From an uncultured Armatimonadetes bacterium (GTDB lineage Bacteria > Armatimonadota > Hebobacteria > Hebobacterales > Hebobacteraceae), in contig OY970296.1 in the NCBI GenBank assembly GCA_963716175.1, positions 2,720,001-2,784,000 on the forward strand: a stretch of 64,000 nt of DNA, in the 5' to 3' direction. This document shows, piece by piece, positions 1-10,143 of this stretch. Under the pieces are notes generated by a model. The model did not search any database. It was given only the letters and a program-made list of their open reading frames with translations, and was not told where the DNA came from. Each line of letters opens with the position of its first letter. The first letter of the stretch is position 1. Made by a program: the position numbers and the translations under genes.

Positions 1-13
1 GGCGGCCCCGCCG

Positions 14-2881
14 TCAGCGCGTGTGGATGTGATCCAGTGCAATGACGCGGGTGATAACGGAGGGTGAGAAGCAGTCCTTGCTCAGGCACTCCTCTGCCGG
101 CACTATCTTCTCGGTCAAGCGACACATCAGGTGAGCGCGACGGTGAAGCCGCTCCTCATCGTCCTGGAAGCCAGTGGTGCCCTCCAGCTTCAGGTTGCTG
201 CACCGCTCCCAGACTTCGGGCAGATTGCAGCTAGCGCAGGCGGACAGGGTCGTACCTCCTCGCGTGGTGTCTTGCGGTAGCGGCTGGCGGCAGCGGTAAC
301 CGATGCCCGGCAGCTCCTCCCGCAGCTCACAATACCGGTCCTGGTGCGGCTCGAGCAGGTCCTCACGAGGCGACTCGCACTCCACCGTGCGGCTGGCCAC
401 CAGGCCCACGTTCAGGTCCCTTACCGCCATGCGAAAAGCGGCCCGCAGCAGGATCTTCTTGACCTGCTCTGGGTCTGTCTCAAACAGCTCGCGCAGCGCC
501 CGGTGATGCGACCGCACCTCCACTGCTTTCTCCACTCTCCCGGACAGGATCGGAACCGTCACGATGCAGCCGCACCGCCTCCGGCTCTTCCAGAGGTGAC
601 CGACCAACTCGAACCGCCGTCCCCGCGGGCCGATCGTCTCGGCCCGGAAGAACCGCTCATCCCAGGGCTCGGGCGCGTCAGGCGCCAGCCATTCCGTAGC
701 CCAGGTCCCCAGGCTTGCCCCCACCCCCCGCAGCCAGCGCCGCCAGGGCGGGTCCACCAGGCGCTTTCGCAAGGCCTGCTCGCGCGCCGCCTCCGGCGTG
801 GCGGCCGCGCCAGGCACGACATCCGGCGGGGGCCCAATGCCCAGGGTCTCGGTCTCGACCTGGGTCTCGGGGCCTGCTGCCTGTTCCTCCTCGACCAGCG
901 GCTCCGCCCGCCGGGCCCGCACGTGCGCCAGCCAGGCCACCCCCGCCACCAAAGCCAGCATGGGCAGGCTGAGGTAATAGCTCAGTACCCCTTGCTCTGC
1001 CTTCTCCTCCTCGGCTTCCCCCGGCTTCCTCTCCTCAGCCCTGGCCAGGGAGACCAGAGGTGCTGGCTCCTGGGCCAGCACCACTCTCTGCGCCGTCGTC
1101 GGCAGCGGCTTGCCCAAGATCAGCGCCAGCAGGCTGCCGACCAGCCCGCTGATCACGCCTACCACCATCGCCGCCAGGGCATAGACTGCCGACCAGATCG
1201 CTCGCAGCAGGCCGGAGGCCATCCACCAGGGCAGGTAGCCAAGATAGGTCAGGATCCGCAGCACCAGAAGCCACAACGGATAGCTGCCCTGGGGTACCCG
1301 GCCGCCGCGCCCTGACACTGCGGAGGTCTCGCTTAGTCCCCACTCGCGCTTCACCCAGCGCCAGATCTCGGCCGGTCGGGATGGCGCCAGGCTGATTTCC
1401 GAGGTGACCAGAATGAACAGCACGACAGCGCCCAGACCAGCCACGGAGAACAGCAGCCGCCCCACGCTGGTCCAGGCCTGCCAGCCGGCGTGATGGCTGG
1501 CTCCTAGCCTGGACAGGTAGCCCAGAATGGAGAACGAGGCCATCCCCCAGCTTGCCCAGAGCCAGACGGGATGCACAGGCCCGACCAGCGCGCCGATCCC
1601 CGCCACCATGGGCAGAGCCAGGCTGAGCAGCGCTCCCGCCGCCACCAGCAGAACGACCAGAGCTGGCTCAGGGTAGCGCAGGCCTGCCCCGAGGGCAGCC
1701 GAGGTGCTCCCCGGGTGGGCGGTCCCTATCGGAGCCCAGGTCAGGACCAAGGCGATGGCCGCCCCCGCCACCCCGGCAACGCAGACCCGGTTGAGGCCCA
1801 CGCGGCCCAGCGGCCAGGCATCTGCCGCCATCCCACCGATCACTGCCCCCAGCGCGATCCAGATCAGGGCCTGGAGGGCGGGCATGTCGCCACCCGCATG
1901 CCCGCCGCCCGCCAGCGCCCCGAGCCCAGCCGACAGGGCCGATCCGCGACCTGCCCACCCCGCCGCCCGCGCCAGCAGGGGCCACACCAGCAGCGCCGTC
2001 GCTGCCGCCCAGAGCAGGGCCATGATGTGGAGGCGGGCAAGGCCCAGGCTCTGGTCTCGGTGCATGCCCCCGAGGAAAGCGACCGGCGCCAGCACCGCCA
2101 GTGTCGCGCACAACCAGATCAGCGGGGAGTGAAGAATCCCCAGGGCCGCGTCCGACGGCAGCCAGGGAGTGATGCGCAGTATCAGAGGGAGTGCACCAGC
2201 CGGCGCCAGGTTGTGCCAGACCAGCGGCGCCGCTGACGCCGCCAGCACCACCCCCGCCACGCCCCCTAGGGCAGCAGCGGCGGCCCCTGCCACCCGGCCG
2301 CGCAACAGCAGCAGCGCTCCCACCGCTCCGGCGCCACCCACCAGCAGCACCGTCACCGCCCCGGGCAGGCCTGCGTCGAGCGGAGCCGAGGGGGCAGCAA
2401 CGCTAGCTCCTGCCGCCCTCGCGCCTAGCAGCAGCGCTCCCACCCCGCCCGCCAGATACGCTGACGTGTAGTGCCCGCAATGCGCCTGGTTGCTGTAGAG
2501 CAGGGCGGCCAGCGCCACACCGGCCAGCAGCCCCGAGCCAGCCACGAGGGCAGGAGCGACCACTCCTGCCGCCAGGCTCCCGGCGCCCGCCGCCGCCAAC
2601 CACACCGCGGCGGCATTCGCCACCGCGAACAGGACCCCGCACGTGGCCCCGCGACGCCCTACCGCAGCTTCGTCCTCCTGCTCCCTGCGCCACCACACCG
2701 CCGCGCCCAGCAAGCCCACGAGCACCGCCGCCTGCGTCCCAGCCACCAGGAAGACAGCCCCGCGACCCGCCAGTTCCCCCCCCATGACCGCGGGCAGAGC
2801 AAGAGAGGCAAACGCTAACAGCGCCACACTCGCGAGATCGAGATGGCCCGAAGCGGCACCTCGGCTCGATCGCCTCCACAT
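14..2881 (-). CDS. Large polytopic membrane protein with Cys-rich C-terminal soluble domain (function unknown)
   Basis: 955-aa ORF; about 650 aa of repeated hydrophobic segments, an acidic/Pro linker, then a soluble domain with 11 Cys; purine-rich SD-like sequence upstream. Confidence 0.75.
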   Translation of the reverse strand: MWRRSSRGAASGHLDLASVALLAFASLALPAVMGGELAGRGAVFLVAGTQAAVLVGLLGAAVWWRREQEDEAAVGRRGATCGVLFAVANAAAVWLAAAGAGSLAAGVVAPALVAGSGLLAGVALAALLYSNQAHCGHYTSAYLAGGVGALLLGARAAGASVAAPSAPLDAGLPGAVTVLLVGGAGAVGALLLLRGRVAGAAAAALGGVAGVVLAASAAPLVWHNLAPAGALPLILRITPWLPSDAALGILHSPLIWLCATLAVLAPVAFLGGMHRDQSLGLARLHIMALLWAAATALLVWPLLARAAGWAGRGSALSAGLGALAGGGHAGGDMPALQALIWIALGAVIGGMAADAWPLGRVGLNRVCVAGVAGAAIALVLTWAPIGTAHPGSTSAALGAGLRYPEPALVVLLVAAGALLSLALPMVAGIGALVGPVHPVWLWASWGMASFSILGYLSRLGASHHAGWQAWTSVGRLLFSVAGLGAVVLFILVTSEISLAPSRPAEIWRWVKREWGLSETSAVSGRGGRVPQGSYPLWLLVLRILTYLGYLPWWMASGLLRAIWSAVYALAAMVVGVISGLVGSLLALILGKPLPTTAQRVVLAQEPAPLVSLARAEERKPGEAEEEKAEQGVLSYYLSLPMLALVAGVAWLAHVRARRAEPLVEEEQAAGPETQVETETLGIGPPPDVVPGAAATPEAAREQALRKRLVDPPWRRWLRGVGASLGTWATEWLAPDAPEPWDERFFRAETIGPRGRRFELVGHLWKSRRRCGCIVTVPILSGRVEKAVEVRSHHRALRELFETDPEQVKKILLRAAFRMAVRDLNVGLVASRTVECESPREDLLEPHQDRYCELREELPGIGYRCRQPLPQDTTRGGTTLSACASCNLPEVWERCSNLKLEGTTGFQDDEERLHRRAHLMCRLTEKIVPAEECLSKDCFSPSVITRVIALDHIHTR

Positions 2882-4068
2882 TTCCTACTCCCTACACCAC
2901 CACCATCCGCGGCTCTGGCCACACCGTCCGTAGCCAGGGCGGCCGCGCTGAGCCGAGGTGTGTGCGGGTTAGGCGTCGTCTCTTCGGCCGGCCTGCGAGG
3001 CGCCGGCGGACCCGCCAGCGCGAGCTGGGAGAACTCCTCGGCATGCTTCGCCCGGTACAGCGCCTCCTCGTACTTCACCTGCCCGGTTCGCACCAGCCGC
3101 GCCAGGGACTGGTCCAATGACACCATGCCCGCGCGGGTCCCGGTCTGGATGGCGGAGGGAATCTGGTAGATCTTGTTATCCCGGATTGCGCTCGCCACGG
3201 CGGGGACGTTCGCCATCACCTCGAAGGCCGCCACCCGCCCCCTGCCATCCGCCCTTCGCACCAGGGTTTGCCCGATCACCCCCACCAGGTTGACCGCAAT
3301 TTGCATTCGCACCTGATCCTGCTGATAGGTGGGGAAGATGTCTATGATCCGGTTGATGGTCTCCGCCGCGTCCATGGTGTGGAGGGTGCTGATCACCAGG
3401 TGGCCGGTCTCGGCGGCGGTCATCGCCAGCCGCACCGTCTCCAGGTCTCGCATCTCGCCCACGAGAATCACATCCGGATCCTCGCGCAGCGCGTTCCGCA
3501 ACGCCTGCGTGAAGGAGTCGGTGTCGCCCCCCAGCTCCCGCTGGCTCACCATCGCTTTCTTGTTGCGATGGGTGAACTCGATGGGGTCCTCGATGGTGAT
3601 GATGTGGCAGGGGTAATGCTCGTTGATGGAGTCAATCATCGCCGCCTGCGTGGTTGACTTGCCCGACCCCACGGGCCCGGTCACCAGCACCAGCCCCCGG
3701 ACACGAGCGGGGAAGCTGCGGGCAAGCTCGGGAAGCCCTATGTCCTCCATGGTCATGGTGCGCTTGGGGATTACCCTGAGCACTGCTTCCGTGGTTCCCC
3801 GCTGCTTGAACAGGTTTAACCGGAACCGCTCCCCGTCACCGATGGTGTAGCCGAAGTCCAGCTCCCAGGCCTCGCAGAAGCGTTCCCAGGCGCGCGTCCC
3901 CACCGCCTCGGCGAGCATCTCGTCCAGTTCGAAGGCGGAGAGCGCCGGCAGGTCAGTGGTCAGCAGGTCGCCGTGAATCCGCAGCAGAGCGGGGCGGCCC
4001 GCCTTCAGGTGGATATCGGAGGCCTCCATTTCCGAGGCGATTCTGAGGTACTCATCCAGCACTGGCAT
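2815..4068 (-). CDS. pilT: Type IV pilus retraction ATPase PilT/PilU family
   Basis: ASDIHL, Walker A GPVGSGKST, TIEDPIE, ALREDPDVILVGEMRD, AETGHLVISTLH; low-complexity C-terminal tail overlaps next gene by 67 bp. Confidence 0.93.
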   Translation of the reverse strand: MPVLDEYLRIASEMEASDIHLKAGRPALLRIHGDLLTTDLPALSAFELDEMLAEAVGTRAWERFCEAWELDFGYTIGDGERFRLNLFKQRGTTEAVLRVIPKRTMTMEDIGLPELARSFPARVRGLVLVTGPVGSGKSTTQAAMIDSINEHYPCHIITIEDPIEFTHRNKKAMVSQRELGGDTDSFTQALRNALREDPDVILVGEMRDLETVRLAMTAAETGHLVISTLHTMDAAETINRIIDIFPTYQQDQVRMQIAVNLVGVIGQTLVRRADGRGRVAAFEVMANVPAVASAIRDNKIYQIPSAIQTGTRAGMVSLDQSLARLVRTGQVKYEEALYRAKHAEEFSQLALAGPPAPRRPAEETTPNPHTPRLSAAALATDGVARAADGGGVGSRKCGGDRAEVPLRAISISRVWRC

Positions 4069-4084
4069 CGAACTGCTCCGCCTG

Positions 4085-5200
4085 CTAGCGCTCGATCCGC
4101 TTCGCGGTGGGCTCGTCGGGCTCCCGCGGCATGGGGCCGATGACGCCCGAAGCCCGCGCCCGGAAGTCCTTGGGGTTCATGCTCTTGGAGAGGGCTTGCT
4201 CGTAGGTGATCACCCCTTGCCGACAGAGGTCCACCAGGTGCATGTCCATCAGCTGCATGCCGGACTCGCGGCCGGACTCGATCACGCCGTAAAGCTGATG
4301 GGTGCGCCGCTCCCGGATGATGTTGCGGACGGCGGGAGTGGCGATCATGATCTCGAAGGCCGCCACTCGGCCGGGCCGGTCGGCGCGGGGCACCAGGGTC
4401 TGGGAGACCACGGCCTGGAGAGTGAGTGCAAGCTGGGTGCGAATCTGCTGCTGCCGCTGCGGCTCGAACACATCAACGATCCGGTCCACGGTCTGAGCGG
4501 CGTCCGTGGTGTGCACGGTGGACATGACCAGGTGGCCCAGCTCGGCCGCGGTGATCGTGAGCTGAATGGTCTCCAGGTCCCGCATCTCTCCCACCAGGAT
4601 CACATCCGGGTTCTGGCGCATGGCGTGCCGGAGCGCTTCCGCGAAGCTGCGGCTGTCGAACCCGACCTCCCGCTGACTGATGGAGGCCAGCTTGTCGCTG
4701 TGAGAGAACTCGATGGGATCCTCGATGGTGAGCACGTGCACCATGCGGTGATCGTTGAGCCGGTCCACCATTGCCGCCAGGGTGGTGGACTTGCCGCTGC
4801 CCGTGGGTCCGGTCACCAGGACCAGGCCCCGGGGAAGCATGGCCAGGTCCTTCAGGATCGGCGGCAGACCTAGCTCTTCAATGGTCTGAATCCGCAGCGG
4901 TATCAAGCGCAGCGCGGCCGAGATCCACCCCCGCTCCCAGTAGACGTTGACGCGGAAGCGCGCCATGCCGGCCACTTCGTGAGCCAGGTCCACTTCCTCG
5001 CCCCGCTGCACCCGTTCCTGCTGAGCCGGGTTCAGCATCCCGTAGATGAGCTCGGCCAGATCCTGCTGGCTCAAGGGGGGGAGATCGGTGCGCACGAGGT
5101 CGCCATGGATGCGGTAGATGGGGGGCTCGGCGGCCCGCAGATGAAGATCGGATCCCTCCCTCTCCACTAGCTCCTGCAGAAGGGAATCCAGATTGGTCAT
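4085..5200 (-). CDS. pilT: Type IV pilus retraction ATPase PilT
   Basis: GSDLHL, GPTGSGKSTT, TIEDPIE, RQNPDVILVGEMRD, AVRNIIRE (AIRNLIRE-like) motif. Confidence 0.95.
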   Translation of the reverse strand: MTNLDSLLQELVEREGSDLHLRAAEPPIYRIHGDLVRTDLPPLSQQDLAELIYGMLNPAQQERVQRGEEVDLAHEVAGMARFRVNVYWERGWISAALRLIPLRIQTIEELGLPPILKDLAMLPRGLVLVTGPTGSGKSTTLAAMVDRLNDHRMVHVLTIEDPIEFSHSDKLASISQREVGFDSRSFAEALRHAMRQNPDVILVGEMRDLETIQLTITAAELGHLVMSTVHTTDAAQTVDRIVDVFEPQRQQQIRTQLALTLQAVVSQTLVPRADRPGRVAAFEIMIATPAVRNIIRERRTHQLYGVIESGRESGMQLMDMHLVDLCRQGVITYEQALSKSMNPKDFRARASGVIGPMPREPDEPTAKRIER

Positions 5201-5958
5201 CGCGGCCGCCTACCATCCGTGGGGCCGGCCCCATTGCGCTCCACCGCACCCGGCTCGGGGGCCTGCGCTCTGCGGGAGACCTGCACCATGGGCGCGCCCA
5301 CGGGCCACTGCACGCGCTGGGAGGGAGCGAGGATGAGAGGCGCCTTCGAGCTCTGGAGCTGCTGGCGGATCTCATCGCCCGTGATCTTGCCGTAGGCCTC
5401 CGAGTGTATGCTCCACCAGGGGATGAGCATGGGGAACAGGGGCCGTTCGTTGGCCTGGGCGAAGCGAGCCGCAAGCGAGAAGGGCGGCGTGCTCAGCCGC
5501 TGATTGTACGCGCGCACGGAGCGGTTGAAGCGATCTCGCAGGGGCGCCAGCCGGCTGTCTACCGCCTCGACCGCTTCCATGAGTCGGGAGATGTCCCGGT
5601 CGGCCTGGAAGGCCGGGCCCCGGTGGAACTGCTCTACCGCAGTCTGCACTGTCAGCACCAGCCCGTTCTGGACTGCGGCATGGGTATGCGGGTCGTTGGT
5701 CTCCTCCATCCGCCGCAGCAGGTACTGGATGTCATCAGCTAGCTTGGGGTTGGTGCGCAGGAGCTTGCGCAGGTGGTTGTTGAGCTCGCCCACTAGGTGG
5801 CATCGCTCACGCAGCTGGAAGTAGATGTCGTCCCAGAGACCGCGCATGCGCTCCAGCTCATACCCCAGCCAGAGACGGCAGAGCAACACCATGGCCCCTG
5901 CGGCCACCACGGCCAGGCTGAGAACCCACCACCAGTCTGCTCCAGCAGCCTGCGACAT
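5197..5958 (-). CDS. LemA family protein with C-terminal extension
   Basis: N-terminal TM helix, WDDIYFQLRERCHLV, RDRFNRSVRAYNQRLSTPPFSLAA match LemA pattern; 4-bp overlap with pilT. Confidence 0.75.
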   Translation of the reverse strand: MSQAAGADWWWVLSLAVVAAGAMVLLCRLWLGYELERMRGLWDDIYFQLRERCHLVGELNNHLRKLLRTNPKLADDIQYLLRRMEETNDPHTHAAVQNGLVLTVQTAVEQFHRGPAFQADRDISRLMEAVEAVDSRLAPLRDRFNRSVRAYNQRLSTPPFSLAARFAQANERPLFPMLIPWWSIHSEAYGKITGDEIRQQLQSSKAPLILAPSQRVQWPVGAPMVQVSRRAQAPEPGAVERNGAGPTDGRRPR

Positions 5959-6128
5959 ACCGGCCTTCGCTCCGCGGGCGCGCGCTGCGCCCGCCTCCCC
6001 CCTCCCGGTTCTCCGGGAGACCCTCGCCAGATGCGCGACGCCCGGTCACGTCTGGCTTTCCGTGTGGCTCTCAGGTTGTGGCAGCGGACTCTATCTTGCC
6101 TTCGCCCCTTCTCTGTCGCGGTGGAACC

Positions 6129-6626
6129 TCAGTCGAATACCGGCTGCGCCCTCAGTCCAACCGCCAGTGAGAGCAGCGACAGCGGGAAGCGACCGCAAGC
6201 GAACGTCGCGTCCGCCGCCGACAGGTTGTAGTCGGCGACATCGCCCTCGAGCTGCTCCAGCACACGGTCCAGCTCCGATGCCCGCTCTCTCACCAGGGCC
6301 AGACCCACCTCCGCACCGCGGGATTCAGCTTCATCCTCCCGCAGCAGCAGGCCGATCTCCGTTGAGATCTGGACCTTTTCCTTCAGGCTCTCATCGCCGG
6401 CAAGCACCTCCAGCGCTCGCCCCACACTGGTCGCCGCCTCTCGCCACTCCCGCCGGCCCAGGCCCTCCAGGCTCTGCCGCCAGGCCTCGGCGCGGTCCTC
6501 CAGCAAGCTGAGATCCCACGCCACCGCATGCTCCCTGGCCTTCAGCACTCGGCGCAGCCCGTCCAGGTACGCTATCGCGAGGACGATCCACACCAGGAAA
6601 CCGGCAAGCAGCCAGGTGCCGGTCAT
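6129..6626 (-). CDS. Divergent LemA-like membrane-anchored helical protein
   Basis: Start MTGTWLL after GAGGAG-rich SD; N-terminal TM; C-terminal YN...FPLSLLSLAVG resembles LemA end. Confidence 0.6.
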   Translation of the reverse strand: MTGTWLLAGFLVWIVLAIAYLDGLRRVLKAREHAVAWDLSLLEDRAEAWRQSLEGLGRREWREAATSVGRALEVLAGDESLKEKVQISTEIGLLLREDEAESRGAEVGLALVRERASELDRVLEQLEGDVADYNLSAADATFACGRFPLSLLSLAVGLRAQPVFD

Positions 6627-6795
6627 CTTCCCCTCTCTCCTCTCACTAGGCCCGCCTCCGGCTCTCGTGAGCCGGCGCGGGATTCGGGAGACTTGGGCCC
6701 ATGCTCTCGGCCTGTCACGTCCCGCGCACCGATCCGCGCAAGCATCACCGCCGGCGCCTGAGACCGGCAAGCAGCCGCCTCGTTTCTGATGCCAG

Positions 6796-6824
6796 AATAT
6801 AGCAGCAGCGATAGCACGTGTCAA
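6796..6824 (-). promoter_or_regulatory. Sigma70-type promoter for lemA-pilT operon
   Basis: TTGACA-N17-TATATT on minus strand. Confidence 0.75.
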
Positions 6825-6894
6825 GACGCTGGGCTTGCCGACCATGTCCAGGACCGGTCAGACGGCGCGGAGGCCAAAGATCCCGGCCCTGCGC

Positions 6895-8898
6895 CTATCG
6901 CCGTGGTGCCAGGCTGTCTCCGGTGAGGCGCCACAGCAAGGCCCCATTGGGGCCCAGGTGGATCGGCACCCGCAGGTCGCCTGAGGCCCGCTCGACTGGA
7001 AGGGCCCTGCCTTCGTCGTCGAGCACCCCGGCGTAGTCCCCGCGGATGGTGGCAGTCCCGTCTGCGGAGACATTGTCGTAGTTGATCAGTAGGGCCCAGT
7101 CAATTCGGCCCGCGGCGGCGCGAAACAGGGCGGTCTCGACCCAGGGAAGGTCCGCGTCTACTGGCGGTGCGCAGCCCGACATGTCGCGGAGCCCGCGGAA
7201 CAGGGAAAGCGCGGCGCGACAGGTGGCCTCCCGCGGGTCGCTGAGGTCCAGCAGCCGAGGGAAAGGAATGGTGGCGAGGAAGGCCTTGCCCTGGCCGAAG
7301 GCATTCGCCGTGAAGAAGGGATAGCCGTCATCGAAGGAGGCGATCGCCTCGGCCTTCCCCGGGCTCGCCCAGAGGCGATCCGCGCTGCGGCCGAAGGAGA
7401 GCACCTCACCTTCGGGGCTTCCGCCCCAGGGGCGGTCCAGAGCGGCTGCGGCTACGCCAGGGCGGTAGCCCTCGACGGTGACGCCGAAGAGACTGGCGAA
7501 CATCGGGCTGAGGATGGTCAGATCGTCCATCACAGCCAGCAGGTAGCCGCCCGCGGAGACGAAATCGCGCAGCTTGGCCCAGGTGGACAGGCGCAGCGAG
7601 ACTCCCGGCACGATGAGCAGCCGTAGGCACGCAGCTGTAGGGCGGGCATGCCCATGCCCGCGGCCGATCACGCCGGTTAGGCGGTCCTCTCGCACCAGGT
7701 CGAGGTTCAGGTTGGCGCCTTTGGCCAGGGTGAAGTGGCGCCAGAGCTTGTCGTGAAGGCGGCCGGCTCTCTCGTAGTAGCCATGGGGGTAGATCAGGGC
7801 GGCGCGGGGAGGTTCCAGCGCGAGTTCGTCCAGAGGCAGACGGCGGACATCGGCGGCGAAGCGCACGAACTCGCGCCCGCGCGGCTTGAGAGAACGATCC
7901 ACGTTGCAGATGCCGAAGTTGGGCTCCAGCGGGGAGGCGTCCAGCGGCCAGCGATAGTGCTGTTCTTCTTCGTAATCGGTGTAGTTCCAGGGCAGCACGC
8001 CCAGGTTGCCGTTGGCCAGGCTGGTGTAGAGCCAGGCGCGAAAGCGGTCCGCGAGCACCCGCTCGGAGGCGACGGAGGAGGAGATGCCGGGCCCCTCGTG
8101 AAGGAACGCCGGTCTGCCCGCGGCAAAGAACCGAGTCTGGAAAGCACCATAGGCGACTAGCTCGACCTCGCCCCGCGTCAGCGGCCAGGGGTAGATGCAG
8201 TAGGACATCATATCCAGATGCTCCGCCACCTCCTCCAGGGCGAACCCGCTGTCGGATCGCACCGGGTGCGGGTCGAATCCGAGTGTGATCAGGTGGTTGG
8301 GGTCCACCTCCCTGATGGCGGCCGCGAGCCGGGCCACCCATTGGGTGGCGATGTCACGGCGAGCAGGGGGCCTGCCGGCCGCGGTGCGCGGCGGAGACGG
8401 CGGTATCTCCTCCAGGTAGTAGGGCTCATCGCTCAGATCCCAACACAGGATGGCGTCGTCATCCGCGAAGCTGCGGGCGAAGGCGGCGACGTGCCGCGCC
8501 TCCATCTCCAGCATCTCTCCCTGGTACATCCCCGGCGCTTTCCAGTAGGGAGCATCGTACATGCCGGTCCAGGTTCCGATCAGAAACACCGGCATCACCA
8601 ACAGCTCTCGCGCCCGGCATTCCTCGACAAAGGAGCGGAAGACGCGCAGGTAATCCTCGCTGTACTTCCCTGCTTCCGGCTCGAAGCCGGCCCAGAAAAC
8701 AGGGACGCGGATGCTGTTGAGCCCCAACTCCCTCATGTGGTCGAGGTCCGCGCGGATATGCTCCACTCGGTAGTCGGCGAAGTAGTTGCCGCAGAGATAG
8801 CTGGGCAGGTAGTTGATGCCAATCGGGAAGAACCGCCGGCCGCCGCGGACGAGGTAGTGGCCATCGCAGGTGACGAAAGGCATGGGAGAAGCCTCCAT
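6895..8898 (-). CDS. Clan GH-A glycoside hydrolase (GH5/GH42-like) with beta-galactosidase trimerisation-like domain
   Basis: FFPIGINY, GLNSIRV, WDLSDEP acid/base, FLHEG nucleophile, NAFGQGKA C-terminal domain. Confidence 0.8.
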   Translation of the reverse strand: MEASPMPFVTCDGHYLVRGGRRFFPIGINYLPSYLCGNYFADYRVEHIRADLDHMRELGLNSIRVPVFWAGFEPEAGKYSEDYLRVFRSFVEECRARELLVMPVFLIGTWTGMYDAPYWKAPGMYQGEMLEMEARHVAAFARSFADDDAILCWDLSDEPYYLEEIPPSPPRTAAGRPPARRDIATQWVARLAAAIREVDPNHLITLGFDPHPVRSDSGFALEEVAEHLDMMSYCIYPWPLTRGEVELVAYGAFQTRFFAAGRPAFLHEGPGISSSVASERVLADRFRAWLYTSLANGNLGVLPWNYTDYEEEQHYRWPLDASPLEPNFGICNVDRSLKPRGREFVRFAADVRRLPLDELALEPPRAALIYPHGYYERAGRLHDKLWRHFTLAKGANLNLDLVREDRLTGVIGRGHGHARPTAACLRLLIVPGVSLRLSTWAKLRDFVSAGGYLLAVMDDLTILSPMFASLFGVTVEGYRPGVAAAALDRPWGGSPEGEVLSFGRSADRLWASPGKAEAIASFDDGYPFFTANAFGQGKAFLATIPFPRLLDLSDPREATCRAALSLFRGLRDMSGCAPPVDADLPWVETALFRAAAGRIDWALLINYDNVSADGTATIRGDYAGVLDDEGRALPVERASGDLRVPIHLGPNGALLWRLTGDSLAPRR

Positions 8899-8986
8899 GG
8901 ACTACGAACTCTCGTGCTTCGCAGTCAAGCCGCGAAGCTTCGTCGCTGCTGGGCAGAGTGGTATCGAGACGCGCTCTCGGGGACGC

Positions 8987-9988
8987 TCAGACCAGCTTCA
9001 CTTCTCGCCCCGAGGCGGCGCTCTCCTCCGCGGCCAGCACCACCGCCACCGCCGCCCTTCCCTCTGCCAGCGAGCAGGCCGGGCTAGCGTCTCCGCGCGC
9101 TACGGCCAGGAAGTGGCGCAGCTCTTCCACGTACACCCCTTGCGCCGCGCCGCGGACGACCGGCAAGTAGAGGATGTCGGGGAACCGGAGGCCGGCGGAG
9201 CCATCAATCCTCAATCCCTGATCCTGGACGGAGATATAGAGCGCGGCTTTGCTGCCTACCGCCTCTAGCTGGAAGTCGAGAGGGCCCGAGCCTCCCGCCG
9301 GCAAGATCCAGGCCGCTTCGATGCAGGCCAGCGCGCCGCTGGGGAAGCGCAGCAGCAGGACGTAGGCATCAGGGGTGCGCAGGTCGGACAGCACCCGGCC
9401 GGCGGTGCGGGCGATCACCGAGGTGGCCCTCTCGCCTAATGCCCACTGGACCCAGTCAATGTCGTGCACGGCCAGGAAGCGAGCCACGTTGGTGTCCGGG
9501 GCAACTCGCCGCGCTACGCTGATGCTGTTATTGCGCCGCGCGTAGATGTAGCTGATCTGTCCCATCTCGCCTCTGGCAATGGCCTCCTGTGCCAGGGCAT
9601 AGCGGGGCTCCCAGCGGAGAGTGTGGCCGACCAGCACCCGGATGCCGTGCTCCTGGGCAGCCGCGGCGATGGCGTCGCAGTCGGCGAGCGTGGTGGCGAG
9701 CGGCTTCTCGATCAGTACGTGTGCGCCTGCTCTGGCTGCGGCCAGGCAGGGATCGCGGTGGGCGTGGTCGCTGGTGGCCACTATCACGGCCGCGAGGTGC
9801 TCTCGCGCCAACATCTCGTGGTAGTCGGCGTAGGCAGCAGCTCCGCCCTGGGCGGCCAGTGAGCCCGCCCGATCCTCTCGCGCGTCGGCGACCGCGGTCA
9901 GCTTCGCCTCCGGCAGCGCGGAGAGGGCTAGGGCGTGCTGCCTGCCCATGACGCCGGCGCCGATCAGCCCCACGCGAAGAGGGGTCAT
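8987..9988 (-). CDS. Gfo/Idh/MocA family oxidoreductase
   Basis: GLIGAGVMG Rossmann motif, EKPLA, HDID. Confidence 0.92.
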   Translation of the reverse strand: MTPLRVGLIGAGVMGRQHALALSALPEAKLTAVADAREDRAGSLAAQGGAAAYADYHEMLAREHLAAVIVATSDHAHRDPCLAAARAGAHVLIEKPLATTLADCDAIAAAAQEHGIRVLVGHTLRWEPRYALAQEAIARGEMGQISYIYARRNNSISVARRVAPDTNVARFLAVHDIDWVQWALGERATSVIARTAGRVLSDLRTPDAYVLLLRFPSGALACIEAAWILPAGGSGPLDFQLEAVGSKAALYISVQDQGLRIDGSAGLRFPDILYLPVVRGAAQGVYVEELRHFLAVARGDASPACSLAEGRAAVAVVLAAEESAASGREVKLV

Positions 9989-10143
9989 GCTGCTTTCCTT
10001 TCTTCGCTCAACTGGGTGGGCGGTGGCCGCGGCCAGCGCGGCACCCGGCTCCGCAAGGCGCCGTCAGAATCCCGCCAGAGGCGGGCAAGCCCGCCGGGAG
10101 CCGGGGCTCAAGCGAGAACTGGCCGCCGCGGGAGCGAGGGTGG

